Origin: Eledone cirrhosa | Lineage: Eukaryota | Assembly: GCA_964016885.1 (NCBI GenBank) | Contig: OZ024758.1 | Coordinates: 5,456,001 to 5,520,000 of the forward strand | Direction of reading: 5' to 3' | Length of the DNA: 64,000 bases | Shown here: positions 12,210 through 26,466 of the stretch, piece by piece | How the letters are laid out: each line of letters opens with the position of its first letter | Numbering within the stretch: the first letter of the stretch is position 1 | The notes under the pieces: model-generated | What the model saw: the letters and a program-made list of their open reading frames with translations, nothing else | Databases searched by the model: none | What the model was told of the DNA's origin: nothing | Program-made: the position numbers and the translations under genes

Positions 12210-12607
12210 AACTCCCGCCGCCATGATGCCGAGAAGCAGTCCATTAGAAGTTGAACTCCCGCCGCCATAATGCCGAGAAGCAATCCATTACAAGTTGAAC
12301 TCCCGCCGCCATGATGCCGAGAAGCAGTCCATTAGAAGTTGAACTCCCGCCGCCATGATGCCGAGAAGCAGTCCATTAGAAGTTGAACTCCCGCCGCCAT
12401 GATGCCGAGAAGCAGTCCATTAGAAGTTGAACTCCCGCCGCCATGATGCCGAGAAGCAGTCCATTAGAAGTTGAACTCCCGCCGCCATGATGCCGAGAAG
12501 CAGTCCATTAGAAGTTGAACTCCCGCCGCCATGATGCCGAGAAGCAGTCCATTAGAAGTTGAACTCCCGCCGCCATAATGCCGAGAAGCAGTCCATTAGA
12601 AGTTGAA
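12210..12607. repeat. 44-bp minisatellite, 9 copies, inside the RTE RT region
   Basis: Unit AACTCCCGCCGCCATGATGCCGAGAAGCAGTCCATTAGAAGTTG. Confidence 0.97.
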
Positions 12608-12990
12608 AGTCTTCGTTAGTGTGGTTGGAGAGATTACAATCGTCTGGAAGAAGATCGAGTATCAATGCCGTAAATGTTTTTGACGCAGCAAAGAATCGTT
12701 GGATGTTATATGCACACACACACATATATATATAAATATAAATATACACACATACATATATGCATACATTCATACATACAAACATACATATATACACACA
12801 TACATATATGCATACATACATACATACAAACATAGATATATACACACATACATACATATATGCATACATACACACATGCATACATACAAACATACATACA
12901 AACATATATACACACATACATACACGCATACACACACATACATACAACATACATGTTACGCAATATATATATATATATGTGTGTGCATTA

Positions 12991-13065
<75 letters not shown>

Positions 13066-13720
13066 ATAATATTAATATCATTGATATTATACTCCAGAAA
13101 AGTTGTCGAGTACTTCGAATCTGTTATAAATATATTTGTTGAATTACCAACAAATTAAATATCCCTTTGCTTATATATATATATATAATGTTTTCGAAAA
13201 AACTGATTAACCCGCGTGTATATTATTTTTTTCCTCCTCTCGTGGATCGTAGTTGTCTCCCCTTCCCGCTTAGTGACGCTATAATACTTCCTCAGTCAAA
13301 AACTGCTGGAATTTCAAATTTGCCGGTCATTCGATGCGGGAAGGAGCAACTTAACAGACACGAATTTTAACTGCGGTAAGAAACATTTTTTTCTTATATC
13401 AAAGTTTAATGGGCTTCCACTGATGATTTATAAGTACCCACCTAAATATATTCTTACATGAATGTATATTAGGCTTCTACATAAACTGGAAATATTCTCC
13501 GAATTTGTAGATAACTTATAATGAAACAATTGTTTGGAAAGAGAGATATATTTTAACTTTAATTATATCTCATAAAATAATACAACTGGCTTTTCCACAT
13601 AATACATATTGTTAGCACCCCAAACACTTAAATTGGGTTTATATTAAAATATAACCTAATGTTTGTTGAGTGAGATGGTTACCAGTCAGAGATTAGCTTT
13701 AAACTATCTTTGTTTTTGTA

Positions 13721-13765
<45 letters not shown>

Positions 13766-13896
13766 GAAGTTATATTTAATTTGTTGGGATTCAACAAGCT
13801 TAAACATTTTTATAACTGATATAAAGCACTCAACATATTAGTGGAGTAAATATTCAATATATTAATAAATGGAAACAATTTTTATAAAACCATAAT

Positions 13897-13962
13897 TATT
13901 TTATTATATATATTTCAAGGGCAACCAAGGCAAATTATGGTGCGCTTTCATCAGATAAAATA
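13897..13962 (-). ncRNA. Minimal type I hammerhead ribozyme motif (family B)
   Basis: Minus: UAUUUUAU-CUGAUGA-AAGCGCACCA..UGGUUGCCCUU-GAAA-UAUAUA-UA-AUAAAAUA; lies in a ~250-bp unit (13762-14012) between (TA)n tracts. Confidence 0.72.
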
Positions 13963-14010
13963 CAGATTTGTTTTATAAATAAATATTGACATACCCGGAA
14001 AAAAGACGTT

Positions 14011-14785
<775 letters not shown>

Positions 14786-15311
14786 GATAAAAAATTATCG
14801 TTATAGGTAATCCAGTTAGAGGTTGAGTACTCCGTGTTGTGGTTAGTTTTAGCGTACGGCATTGTTTGACTCAACAAGAGGTTTCCTTAGGTAGCGAGTT
14901 TGCGAGTTCTCGGGAATTCCTATGCAGGTTAATCTTGGAGTAATAATAGTGAAAGAGTGAAGAATAACATGGTCAACAGTACAAAAAGGGTTTTATCTAC
15001 AGTATTAACAATTGTTTCATTGATTAAGTTGTCTAAAAATTGCTAATCACTTGAAGCTGTGTCACTCAATTTTAAATACAATGTATGCTTAATCAAATCA
15101 TCGGAAAAACTCATATATATATATATATATATTAATAAAAGGAATTCCAACTTTGTCAGATTTACTCGTTTTATTTACAATTCTTTAAAATTCATAATGG
15201 TATTAGAATGAAATAGTATGGTAGGATATTAAATTTTAAGTGTTAATTGAACAAGTACTTTCATGCTTTCGCAATCTTCAGGTTCATATTCTGTGGTGAC
15301 AGTCAAGTTTG

Positions 15312-15376
<65 letters not shown>

Positions 15377-15379
<3 letters not shown>

Positions 15380-15427
15380 TTCTACAGGACTAGAACTGTT
15401 TCATTCTTTAGAAATCATCAGGAATCT
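15377..15427 (-). ncRNA. Type I hammerhead ribozyme motif with full stem III (family C)
   Basis: Minus: AGAUUC-CUGAUGA-UUUC(UAAA)GAAU-GAAA-CAG(UUCUAGUC)CUG-UA-GAAUCU; U-U mismatch at the base of stem II. Confidence 0.65.
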
Positions 15428-15586
15428 GGGTATCAAAAAATAAGTATGGTATTTATAGGTCTCTTCAAGTGGTAGGAGAGGGTAGGGAGTGGGATGGGTG
15501 TCGGTCATTGGTTGATAGAAAGGGGATACTCTGAAATGTATTGAGTACCTTACTTACTGTGGTTACCTCCGATTCAACTCGGAATA

Positions 15587-15640
<54 letters not shown>

Positions 15641-15680
15641 GATATTAAACAAATGGAAACTATATTTATAAAACCATATT

Positions 15681-15746
15681 TATTTCATTATACATATTTC
15701 AGGGATACCATATTAGAAATATGGCATGCCTTCTTCAGATAAAATA
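15681..15746 (-). ncRNA. Minimal hammerhead motif (left arm of fold-back)
   Basis: Mirror image of 15839-15904. Confidence 0.68.
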
Positions 15747-15838
15747 CAATATATAAGCAGTTTTATAAACTTTTTTAAATGGAAGTTGAACAATATTTAT
15801 GGTACATCAAATTTATTTATAAAACTGCTTATATATTG

Positions 15839-15904
15839 TATTTTATCTGAAGAAGGCATGCCATATTTCTAATATGGTATCCCTGAAATATGTATAATGA
15901 AATA
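15839..15904 (+). ncRNA. Minimal hammerhead motif (right arm of fold-back, family B-related)
   Basis: UAUUUUAU-CUGAAGA(15847)-AGGCAUGCCAUAUU..AAUAUGGUAUCCCU-GAAA-UAUGUA-UA-AUGAAAUA. Confidence 0.68.
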
Positions 15905-16031
15905 AATATGGTTTTATAAATATAATTTCCATTTGTTTAATATCGTATATCTACTCCAAAATTTGTTGAGTGCTTTATATCAGTTATAAAATATTTACTC
16001 GTTGTAACCCAACAATTTTAAATAAAACTTT

Positions 16032-16092
<61 letters not shown>

Positions 16093-16159
16093 ATGTATGT
16101 ATATGTGTATCTATGTATGTCTGAATGCATGTGTGTATGTGTGTATATATGTATGTATG

Positions 16160-16197
<38 letters not shown>

Positions 16198-16229
16198 AAG
16201 GCGCGTATGCATGTATGTATGAATGTGTG

Positions 16230-16267
<38 letters not shown>

Positions 16268-16551
16268 TATATATATATAAAACTCATTCTTTGATGTATT
16301 CATTGCACTTTGTTTAACTTTTAAATATATATATCTATCTATATATATATATATATATATACACACATGTATATATATATATATACACACACACACATGT
16401 ATATACTGTATATATATGACAGATGGGGAAAACTCTTGATATAATGGCCTTTCTTCTGTCAATACGGCCACCTCTATCCTGCTACAGTTCGTTTCATAAA
16501 CTCACACACCATTCGTTCAACGATTTCTCTGAATAGACCAATCATTAATAG

Positions 16552-16573
16552 ACTACTACTACTACTACTACTG

Positions 16574-16605
<32 letters not shown>

Positions 16606-16792
16606 ACTACTACTACTACTACTACTACTGCTACTACTACTACTACTACTACTGCTACTATTACTGCTACTGCTACTACTACTACTACTACTGATGCTGT
16701 TGTTGTTGCTGCTGCTACTACTGCTGCTACTACTACTACTACTGCTGTTGCTGCTGCTGCTGCTACTACTACTACTACTACTACTACTACTG

Positions 16793-16839
<47 letters not shown>

Positions 16840-16855
16840 GATGCTGTTGCTGCTG

Positions 16856-16936
<81 letters not shown>

Positions 16937-17062
16937 TTCCTACTGGTGCTACTACTACTACTACTACTGCTACTATTGTTGCTGCTGCTGCTGCTATTAT
17001 TACGACGACTGCTACTACTACTACTGCTGCTTCTGCTACTACTACTACTACTACTGCTGCTG

Positions 17063-17114
<52 letters not shown>

Positions 17115-17126
17115 GACGACGACGAC
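16552..17126. repeat. (TAC/TGC)n trinucleotide microsatellite, ~575 bp
   Basis: Visible directly; source of poly-S, poly-L and poly-V ORFs. Confidence 0.97.
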
Positions 17127-17285
17127 CACACACATCAACACACACATACATATATACATACATACACACACACATACACATATATTTGTGTGTGTGTGTG
17201 CGTACATTTATATATATATGTATGTATATATAAATATGTATGCATGTATGTATAAAAATATACTATGAATGTAAATAAACATACA

Positions 17286-17348
<63 letters not shown>

Positions 17349-17547
17349 GATAACAAGTTATCGTTATATATACATACATACATACATACATATATGCATA
17401 CACACACACACACATGTATTATATATAGAGCGAGAGGGAGGGGAAGGTGAAAAACAGTTAAAGAAAGAGTGCGAGAGAGAGAGAGAAAGAGTGAAAGAGA
17501 GAGAGAAAGAGTGAAAGAGAGAGAGAGAGAGAGAGTGAAAGAGAGAG

Positions 17548-17592
<45 letters not shown>

Positions 17593-17813
17593 AGAGAGCT
17601 AAAGAGAGGGGGGGGGTAGAAAAAGAGAGAGAGAGATGATTGTGTTAGAGAATCAATCGTAAACAATATATTTTAATATTGATAAACATATAGACTGCAG
17701 AAATGTTAAATTTGCAGACATTTCTAATTGTTTTTCGTATGAAACAACAAACCAATTCTATCGTAGTTTTTATTTCATATAATCAATTAATTATTGCAAG
17801 GAACCTTATAAAT

Positions 17814-18091
17814 ATAATTGTTTCTACTTTTTGGCACAAGGCCAGCAAAATTACCAGTGTATTACTGGTACTTTATTTTATCGACCCCGTAAGGATGAAA
17901 GGCAAAGTTAACCTCGGCAGGATTTGAACTCAGAATGGCAAGGGTTGTAACTGTATAAATATAACCTTATAAATATAATAAATAATTGTTTCTATTTTAG
18001 GCACAAGGCCAACAATAAACTAGTGTATTACTGGTACTTTATTTTATCGACCCCATAAGGATGAAAGGCAAAGTTAACCTCGGCAGGATTT
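17814..18091 (-). mobile_element. Two truncated SINE family 1 copies
   Basis: 17814-17951 and 17980-18091 match the SINE 3' half. Confidence 0.8.
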
Positions 18092-18407
18092 AATAAACAA
18101 AAATATATACAATCAAAGCGAAAAAGACCCCCACCCCCCACCCCCACCCAAAAAAGAGAGAGAAAAGCCATTAATTTAAGAATGAGTTAATTTGTTACAC
18201 ATATTTTATAGTAATCTAATGACTGAATGAAAGAAAAAAATTTCAAAGATTTTAAGCTAAAACAATACAAGAACGATATGTGTGACATCATATCTCTTTC
18301 GATCAATGAGAAAGCTCGACATCTTCCACAGACTTTGCCAGTCTCTCTTAATGGTTAATGGTTATTCCATAACGTGGAATGGATTCTTAATATTAGATTA
18401 CCATATG

Positions 18408-18469
<62 letters not shown>

Positions 18470-18555
18470 TCGAGGTTAACTTTGCCTTTCATCCTTACGC
18501 GGTCTCGCTAAAATAAAGCGGACTGGGATAATTGGTGGCCTTGTGCCAAAAGCAG

Positions 18556-18591
<36 letters not shown>

Positions 18592-18687
18592 GAGGGCGGC
18601 TGGCTGTGAAGCTAGTTGGTCAGCCGCCCTTTCTGTCTTTGGTTTCCCGGACCCATGGCTTTTTACATATTCCTTTGTTATATTCCA

Positions 18688-18745
18688 ATACCTGATGATA
18701 TCACCGGATTCATATGGAACCCGGTCATTGAAATGATCATAGTAT
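18688..18745 (+). ncRNA. Minimal type I hammerhead ribozyme motif
   Basis: AUAC-CUGAUGA(18692)-..ACCGGAUUC(AUAUG)GAACCCGGU..-GAAA-UGAUCA-UA-GUAU; palindromic stem III AUGAUCAU; unit bounded by TA tracts. Confidence 0.7.
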
Positions 18746-19354
18746 AATAAACCTTTCAAGGATTTACACCAGTCCAGCTTACTGTTATTTCATTTATATA
18801 TATATAGGATTTTGTGCACTTGCTTGTTTGAAAGATCTTTCAAAGAAGTATGAAACATCGTCTTTTGTACTGTTTATTATAATGAATTACTGCATTTTAC
18901 GATGTTTTAACTTCTCCGCTTAACTCTTTCCAATTTTTATATTGTTTATATGCATGTATGTATCTTTGTATGTGTATAGACACACACATACGCTGGCATA
19001 TACACACGCGCGTGCATACACAGACACGCGTTTTTGTGTGTGTCTGTGTGTGCGTACAATCATTTATATAAATGCATTTTTTCGTAAAAATATATTAATA
19101 GAATAGTCTTTACGCTTTTAGAATAGAATCTCCTTGCTTTCTTTAATTAAGCAAATATGTTTTAAATATTTACATAAATAACATTAAAAATGCATTAAAA
19201 AAAAACATTATAAACTGCTCGCAATTCGTGCAGAAGGACAACTATTATGTCTAAACCGTGTATAATAACACAATATAAATATATAAATTCATTGAACAAA
19301 AATCATAAAGGAAAGAAGAAAGAACAGAAATCACTGAGTGTGATTATCGGCCTC

Positions 19355-20245
19355 CCTTCATACCTTAGGGGTTAATTGCACATTTTCAGGCAAGTCAACA
19401 TGCTCGCAGCATTACTACGGGTGATGGCGAGGCTAAGGTGCTGAAATAACCAGGCATCCCCAGGAGCATCAGTCGACACCTCAGTAAGGTGAGCTGCTAG
19501 TGATGACAAGAACTTTGCCATCAGCGGCCCAACTCCACCGAATGTCTCAAATGCCACAGGCTGGTCAAAAATAATTATTTGATAAACCCAGGTATTTCTG
19601 AATTTTATTCCGTTCGGCAGTGGAAGCAAAAGAGTCATTGACTGTGACGTCCCAGATGAGACATCTACCTCTCACCCAGGGACCGTCTGGTCTCTTCCCA
19701 TCACTTCTGGATAAACCAGCCGGCTCCAGAACTGTGGGGATAGTAACCCGAGCTAGGGCCCATTTGCGATCAGGTTTAGCTCAGTGTGACGGGCAAAACG
19801 ACCAGCATTCAGGCGGCAGAACAAATCATGTAGACCTGTGGAATCGAGGGACCTACCACAGCGACATCTTATATAAAGACACATACATACATACATACAT
19901 ACATGGTAGCTGCCAACTCGTTTTCGAGTACGGCCACTACCTTATATCCATGTAGGAGAACCCCTACCGATGCGCTGAACGAATGTGACTTTTTAGTCCA
20001 GCCAGCGACTTGAAAACTCTGGCACAAACACTACACTTGTGACAATTATTGACACATAATGCTGGGCCCATGGTACCATGTGACGACAAGTGCAGAGAGA
20101 TCTCCAGATATAAAGCAATGCCTGTGCCGTGAAGCTTTTATAGTGAGCGAAGGCACTGCACAAAGCCAGTCCCACTCTCTTAACCAAGATGATATTTACC
20201 AAAAAGAAGAACAAGTCAACATCATTGGATACCATCAGGGTTGCA
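19355..20245 (-). mobile_element. CRE-like (restriction-like endonuclease) non-LTR retrotransposon remnant
   Basis: Minus frames read VLEPAGLSRSDGKRPDG..RGRCLIWDVTV and PVAFETFGGVGP..WLFQHLSLAITRSNAASML. Confidence 0.7.
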
Positions 20246-20702
20246 GATACATACATACATACGCACATACATACATAGATACATGCATACATACATACAT
20301 ACATACATACATACATACATACATACATACATACATACATGCATACATACATACACACATACATATATACATACACATATGCATGCATACACACATGCAT
20401 ATATGCATACATATATACACACATATATATATATGTATACATGCATACATACATACATACACACATACATACACATATACATAATACACATATAGATACA
20501 TACATATATACACACATACATACACAGCTACTTACATACATACATACAGACTCCTATCTACATACATACATACATACATACACACCTACCTACATACATA
20601 CATACACACCTACCTACATACATACACACCTACCTACATACATACATACACACCTACCTACATACATACACACCTACCTACCTACATACATACATACATA
20701 CA

Positions 20703-20736
<34 letters not shown>

Positions 20737-20795
20737 CATGTATACGTAAGCACGTACCTACATACATACAAACATTTATATTTATATATATATAT

Positions 20796-20871
<76 letters not shown>

Positions 20872-21237
20872 ACCTACATACATATATACATAGACACCTA
20901 CATATATACACAAAGAGGAGAGAAAGAGAGAGGGAGGGAGGGGTGGAAAAAGAGACAGAGGGGGGGAGAGGGAGAAAGAGAAAGAGAAAGAGATGTCTGT
21001 ATGCTGTGTGTTGATTGGTTAAAAAGCCGGTAGTATAGCAAAGATCCGGAAACTATGTGTATTAAATAGTCGCTTACAGCTGAACTTCTATCACATAGTC
21101 ACTAGTGGTGTATATGTATATATGTGTAGTGTATATATATATATGTTCCACGGACATACACCATCACGCTGGACTTGTAGGTGAATAGTTACTACAGCTG
21201 GGCTTGTTATCACACAGTGAATGTATTACCTAGGAAG

Positions 21238-21497
21238 ATGACACGCACTTTGTTGAGTTCGGTAAAAAACTGCGATACAAACTTGGCAAAGTCTATACTT
21301 AAAAAAGGACAATATGAAAATATTAATGCCCGAGATTCTTGCGAGGGTGGCACTGCCTTATTCTGGGCCTGCTCTAATGGTTTAATAGAAATAGCTCATA
21401 TTTTAATTGCACTTAATGCCGATATTGAAGCTGCTACTGCTTGGAAGGCTACACCTTTACATGCTTCGGCTGATAATAACCATTTGTCTGTTGCCAG
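21238..21497 (+). CDS. Ankyrin-repeat protein, coding exon 1
   Basis: MTRTLLSSVK..INARDSCEGGTALFWACSNGLIEIAHILIALNADIEAATAWKATPLHASADNNH; donor AG|GTATG, phase 2. Confidence 0.85.
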
Positions 21498-21525
21498 GTA
21501 TGTCATTATCATCTTTTTTTTTTGT

Positions 21526-21556
<31 letters not shown>

Positions 21557-22734
21557 TTTAAATATGGTAAAAAAAAATCTGTTTAACTTCCAACACATCA
21601 AATTATTAAAATAGAATAATTTGTACTAGTTTAGTACCTATATATTATTTACACACATGTAAATATTTGTACAAACATAATTGTCGATCGTTACATCTTT
21701 GTTGATAATCCCGTTCATTTGTGCCGTTAAGGTCATAAAGATTGGACCCCATTGTTAACTTAGCAAGTGTTTTGTCATTGAAATTAGGTTAAAGGAAACT
21801 GTAGAAGCCCCATAGATAGTTTGTATTTATTATAAATCAAATAGCTAGCCTTGTTACACCACTATAAGCACGCTGATTCTGTTACAACTGAAAGAATTAT
21901 GGTTGTTTCCTTTATAACCCAGTTGCTAAATTAAGAACATATCAGCGAAATGTGTGTGTGTGTCCGTGCTATACATCAGGTCTGAACACAAAGGAACCAA
22001 ACTCCCACAGTAAAAGGAAGGCGAGTGTATACCCACCCATTATCATTAAAAGAATTTAGAATTTAGTTTTATTAAATAACTGAAATATTCATTGTCGTCC
22101 TCATCTCCTAAAATACCAATTTTAATGCCCAACCCTATCCTAACAGCGAAATAGGAATCGAAACATCACTTTCAGAAAGATAATAATGAAAATGAAAATA
22201 ATTTAAAAGGAAAAAAAAAACTACTTTATGAACCATGCTTTACAACGATTATGGACGTAGGTTTTGTTTTAAATTTTGAATTTTAGAAAAATATTATCAA
22301 AATATATAAATTGCTAAGTTATTAAAAATTGGTGATGAATGATTTATTTATGATGATAGTATATTTGTCTTGTGTACGAAGCTGGTATCTTTGATTTACA
22401 TCAAAACTCCTCTACTATATAAACATTAATCTTTGGTCTTATGTCGGGGAATTATTTTATTTTAATAATTTACCACTGCTAAACTAAATATGTCTACAAG
22501 GCTGTGGAGGAGAATTAGGGCTCACAGGGGAACGGGCGAAGGCTTCAAGTACATCATCTTTGTCCATTCCCTTGTCCTTTTAACTTGGATTACCTCGAGA
22601 ATGTAACTTTATTATATAAGAAGCTGTATGGTGAGATCAAGGCACTGGATACGGGGAACCGCGTGGCCATTGTTTTCATTGAAACATGTATCACATCCTT
22701 ATCAATAAAGGACTTTAACATCTGAAACTACTTC

Positions 22735-22768
<34 letters not shown>

Positions 22769-22821
22769 CATAGAGCTTCTCTCATTTTTACCAGGATCTA
22801 TAGTGGTAAATCCCAATACAA

Positions 22822-22864
<43 letters not shown>

Positions 22865-24524
22865 ATATATATACGTGTGTGTTTATATCTAATGACAAAA
22901 TTACAGCTTAAAAAATAAGCAAGGCCACATTAGATAATGTTGTCTCCACTGCCTTAAAAAATAAGACGTGATGTGCACGGCTGGAATATCTTGCATTGTA
23001 AGAATGTAAACAGTTAACATGTGAGGCATGTCTTATGAAGCAGTTCTGTTGCCATTGAGACGTCCCTAAAGGTAAATTACCGTCTTAAAAAAACTCTTTG
23101 ATAGACTGTGTCTGATAAACATATTGGACTGTATAGTTCTGTTCAATATGAGCTGACCCAGGGCTATACAACACCGTGTTAATGAGAGAGCCTATGCGTG
23201 GTCGATCGACCTGTTAGAAATATCAACCAAATATCCCTCAAACGGCACCCTTCAATCTTATATTAAAAAAACAAACAAGAGATTGGAATGCTTCTGATCA
23301 TAAATCTGCTCGACTAGAGTTGAGCTGGGTTTAAATAAGAATTTGATCACCAACACAACACCATCGTTAGAATATATCCGACCAAACAAAGAAGCAAGCA
23401 TTTTGGTAGATGATCGTTTAAAATAGAAACGATTTCACCCGTCTTCAAAATGTAAGAAAATAAGAAGAGATAATTTAGTCATAGATAACTGTCCGAGAAA
23501 AAAAAAGATGCGATGGACCAAGGCTTACGTTGAACTTAACAAGTAAACATAATGATAATTTTTGTTATGTAATTATTATTAGCAAAAGAAGCTAGTTTAT
23601 TATACTTAGATGGGCTATTACATCTCAAGTTAGCGTTGTTGTTTACCCTCAGACCATTCTTACGATCTTTAAGACAGTATAGTGTGGAATTTCATAGATA
23701 TTTCAGGGACTACATAGCATCAGCTGTTCCCAAACCCATTTTGGTAACACAGTAAGTCTCCATAGTCGACCTAGCATGGCCATAAGATTTAAGGGGTTTA
23801 CTTCTCAATAGAGTTTCAAATTCGATTCCACTGTGTGTGGGATCTTTGGTAAGTATCATAGCTTCAGGTGGGGTGGAATTGCCAAGATTTATCGATCTAG
23901 AAGGGGGATCAAAATCATTCAATGAAGTTACACCGCGACAAAAAATCTTGTAAATGGAATTGTGTATACAATATATAAGCTGCTTGGAGATATTTGTAAT
24001 TAAAAGGGCCAGGCATTGTCACACACATACATATACAGACTGTCCTGGTTAATGTACCTTAATTATATTAGGCTAGACTGTACACCTGTTTGTCGAATAC
24101 TCAATCACGTACACGTTCATTTCACGAGCCAGCTGTTTCTTGATCGAACAACTGGGATAATCATCGCCGATAAGCAAGTAGCGAGGTCGATAAAGCAAGT
24201 ACCAAACCTTGTAGATTTACTATATATTGCATCGACTTCAACGGTCTCCGATTCTCTGCCATGGACAATAAACCTTTCTTCTAGAGTTTATCTTTATGAT
24301 ACTTTCATAATAGAACCGCTAGTATTCGCAGGTGATACAGCATCTCTTATGGTTAAGCTATGGATGTTGACCATTTAATTCTAGCAATTATCACTGAGTG
24401 AAACATTAGTTTTACCAGATGCAGTCTCCAAATTTTGTTTACTTTGTTAATATTTTAATATTAATTATAACGCACTTATTATGGCGCCGTAAATCCTTTC
24501 TAAAAGTGTTCATATGAACACACG

Positions 24525-24690
<166 letters not shown>

Positions 24691-25423
24691 CACTGATGAT
24701 ATAATCTTTAAATTTCATCTGAAAGCTAAGCTGTGTGTAATTTCTTAGACAGGAATGCAGGAATGGAGCTGAGTTAAAATCGTGTCGTGATCCATATATT
24801 ATTTTATATTTTTATTTCTCCAGCTTCCTTTGTTCCATTGTTAACTGGGAACCTTTCATTGCCAATATTTATCGATCTAGAAGCTGATCATAATCCCTCG
24901 ATGGAAAGAGGTGAAGCTATTCTTCCTAGAAGATAGAAAACATCGCTTCTTAGTGTCAATTTCACTGATTTTTTTTTTTTAATGATTTCTGCCTATATTT
25001 ATGCCAAAGGGTGGTTAGAACCCGCCACCAGTGGAAGGAAATCAATGGTTTTCACTTAGAATTGGAAAGAAGAACCACTTTATATGAAATAACAACTAAA
25101 AATCAAACTTTGATGACAAACATTATTTAATAACACAAGCAAATCTTGATACGTTCATCGTAAAACGAAAAAACAAAAACATGGTGTTTCCAGCAAATTC
25201 TTCCATATATGGCAACATGAATGGACCTGTTATTTTTCTCTAAAACCATTTTTTCCAATTCCACCCCGCCCGTCACTTCAATCTATCTAATTTCTCATTC
25301 TTTCTCCTCATGAAGGACTAGCGTCCGAAACGTTAAGATCCTCTTCCTGCTATTTTATTTCAAGCGTTAACCTAATATACTCCTTCCATATACTGTACTG
25401 GTTGTGTTGTTATTTCTGTTTAC

Positions 25424-25514
<91 letters not shown>

Positions 25515-25515
25515 G

Positions 25516-25571
<56 letters not shown>

Positions 25572-25678
25572 ACTTAGCAAAGTAACGGACGTCAATAAAA
25601 ATTAGTTGATAATATTTCATTTTCTTATTTCGTTTTATTTAAACTAAAATGTTATTTTACTTTTTTTTGTTTTGTCAG

Positions 25679-25905
25679 GATGCTTCTAAAACACAAAGCC
25701 AATGTCAACAGCACAACAATATATGGCGATACGCCGTGTCATTTAGCAGCTTATCGCGGACATAGAGATATGGTTAAACTCCTTATAGACTGTGAAGCTG
25801 ATCTCTCAGCGACCAATTGTAAAAACCGAACTTCGCTAGATGAATCTATATGTAGTTCGCACGATGACATTTCTAAATATATTCATAAAACTATGGTCAG
25901 AAAAA
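25679..25905 (+). CDS. Ankyrin-repeat protein, coding exon 2
   Basis: Polypyrimidine tract and CAG acceptor; LLKHKANVN..GDTPCHLAAYRGHRDMVKLLID; donor A|GTAAG; phases match both neighbours. Confidence 0.88.
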
Positions 25906-25997
25906 GTAAGCAAATCTTCACTAAACTTCATTTTAACATCTTCACCATTTTTCTATTCCGTTCATATATATATGTGCGTGTGTGTGTACCTATATGT

Positions 25998-26047
<50 letters not shown>

Positions 26048-26049
26048 AT

Positions 26050-26080
<31 letters not shown>

Positions 26081-26212
26081 GGAGAAAGTATGACTCCGAC
26101 GGCTATTTCTGGACTAAGTATTGAGTACTCTGGTGCGTTATGGTCCACCTGGTTCCTTAGCACAACTCCTTCGTTATATATATATATATATATATATACT
26201 AAAAAGATTCGA

Positions 26213-26303
26213 GACCTGACGGCTGAGCTCTTACTTTTTCATCAACAGCTACTTCCACGTCTGGAACTAGCTGTTGAAAAGGCAAGAGTTCGGCCGTCGG
26301 GTC
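26213..26303 (+). repeat. ~90-nt imperfect hairpin from a dispersed repeat
   Basis: GACCTGACGGCTGAGCTCTT..TTCCA/CGTC/TGGAA..AAGAGTTCGGCCGTCGGGTC; related pieces at ~6131, ~26092, ~36335. Confidence 0.75.
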
Positions 26304-26433
26304 CTAACTCTTTATAATATAACTATAGTCTACTTCCCCAAGTATCGAGTACTCTGTTGAGTAAAGGTCTAACCAGTCTCAAACTGAATCCATCCTGATA
26401 TATATATATATATACTTATATATATACACACAC

Positions 26434-26466
<33 letters not shown>

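Larger units (their letters stand above)
11178..12660 (-). mobile_element. RTE (BovB-like) LINE, truncated and decayed
   Basis: Segments VDKFVYLGS..RLSKASDAFGKL..LYGCETWTTY..LERFYQHCL, DFQLLMDCFSA..LTISL, and C-terminal CERCRLVCISKVGLLS zinc-finger-like motif. Confidence 0.85.
15640..15945. repeat. Fold-back inverted repeat, 130-bp arms and 46-nt spacer
   Basis: 15640-15769 is the reverse complement of 15816-15945 with one mismatch seen. Confidence 0.95.

Noticed and set aside
12552-13158. IY/HT/CV-repeat ORFs (also near 20.0-20.7, 24.4-24.7 and 55.4-56.1 kb)
   Set aside because: Stop-free frames of TA/CA/TACA repeats
16474-17233. Long poly-Ser, poly-Leu and poly-Val ORFs
   Set aside because: Translations of a (TAC/TGC)n microsatellite with no splice or domain support
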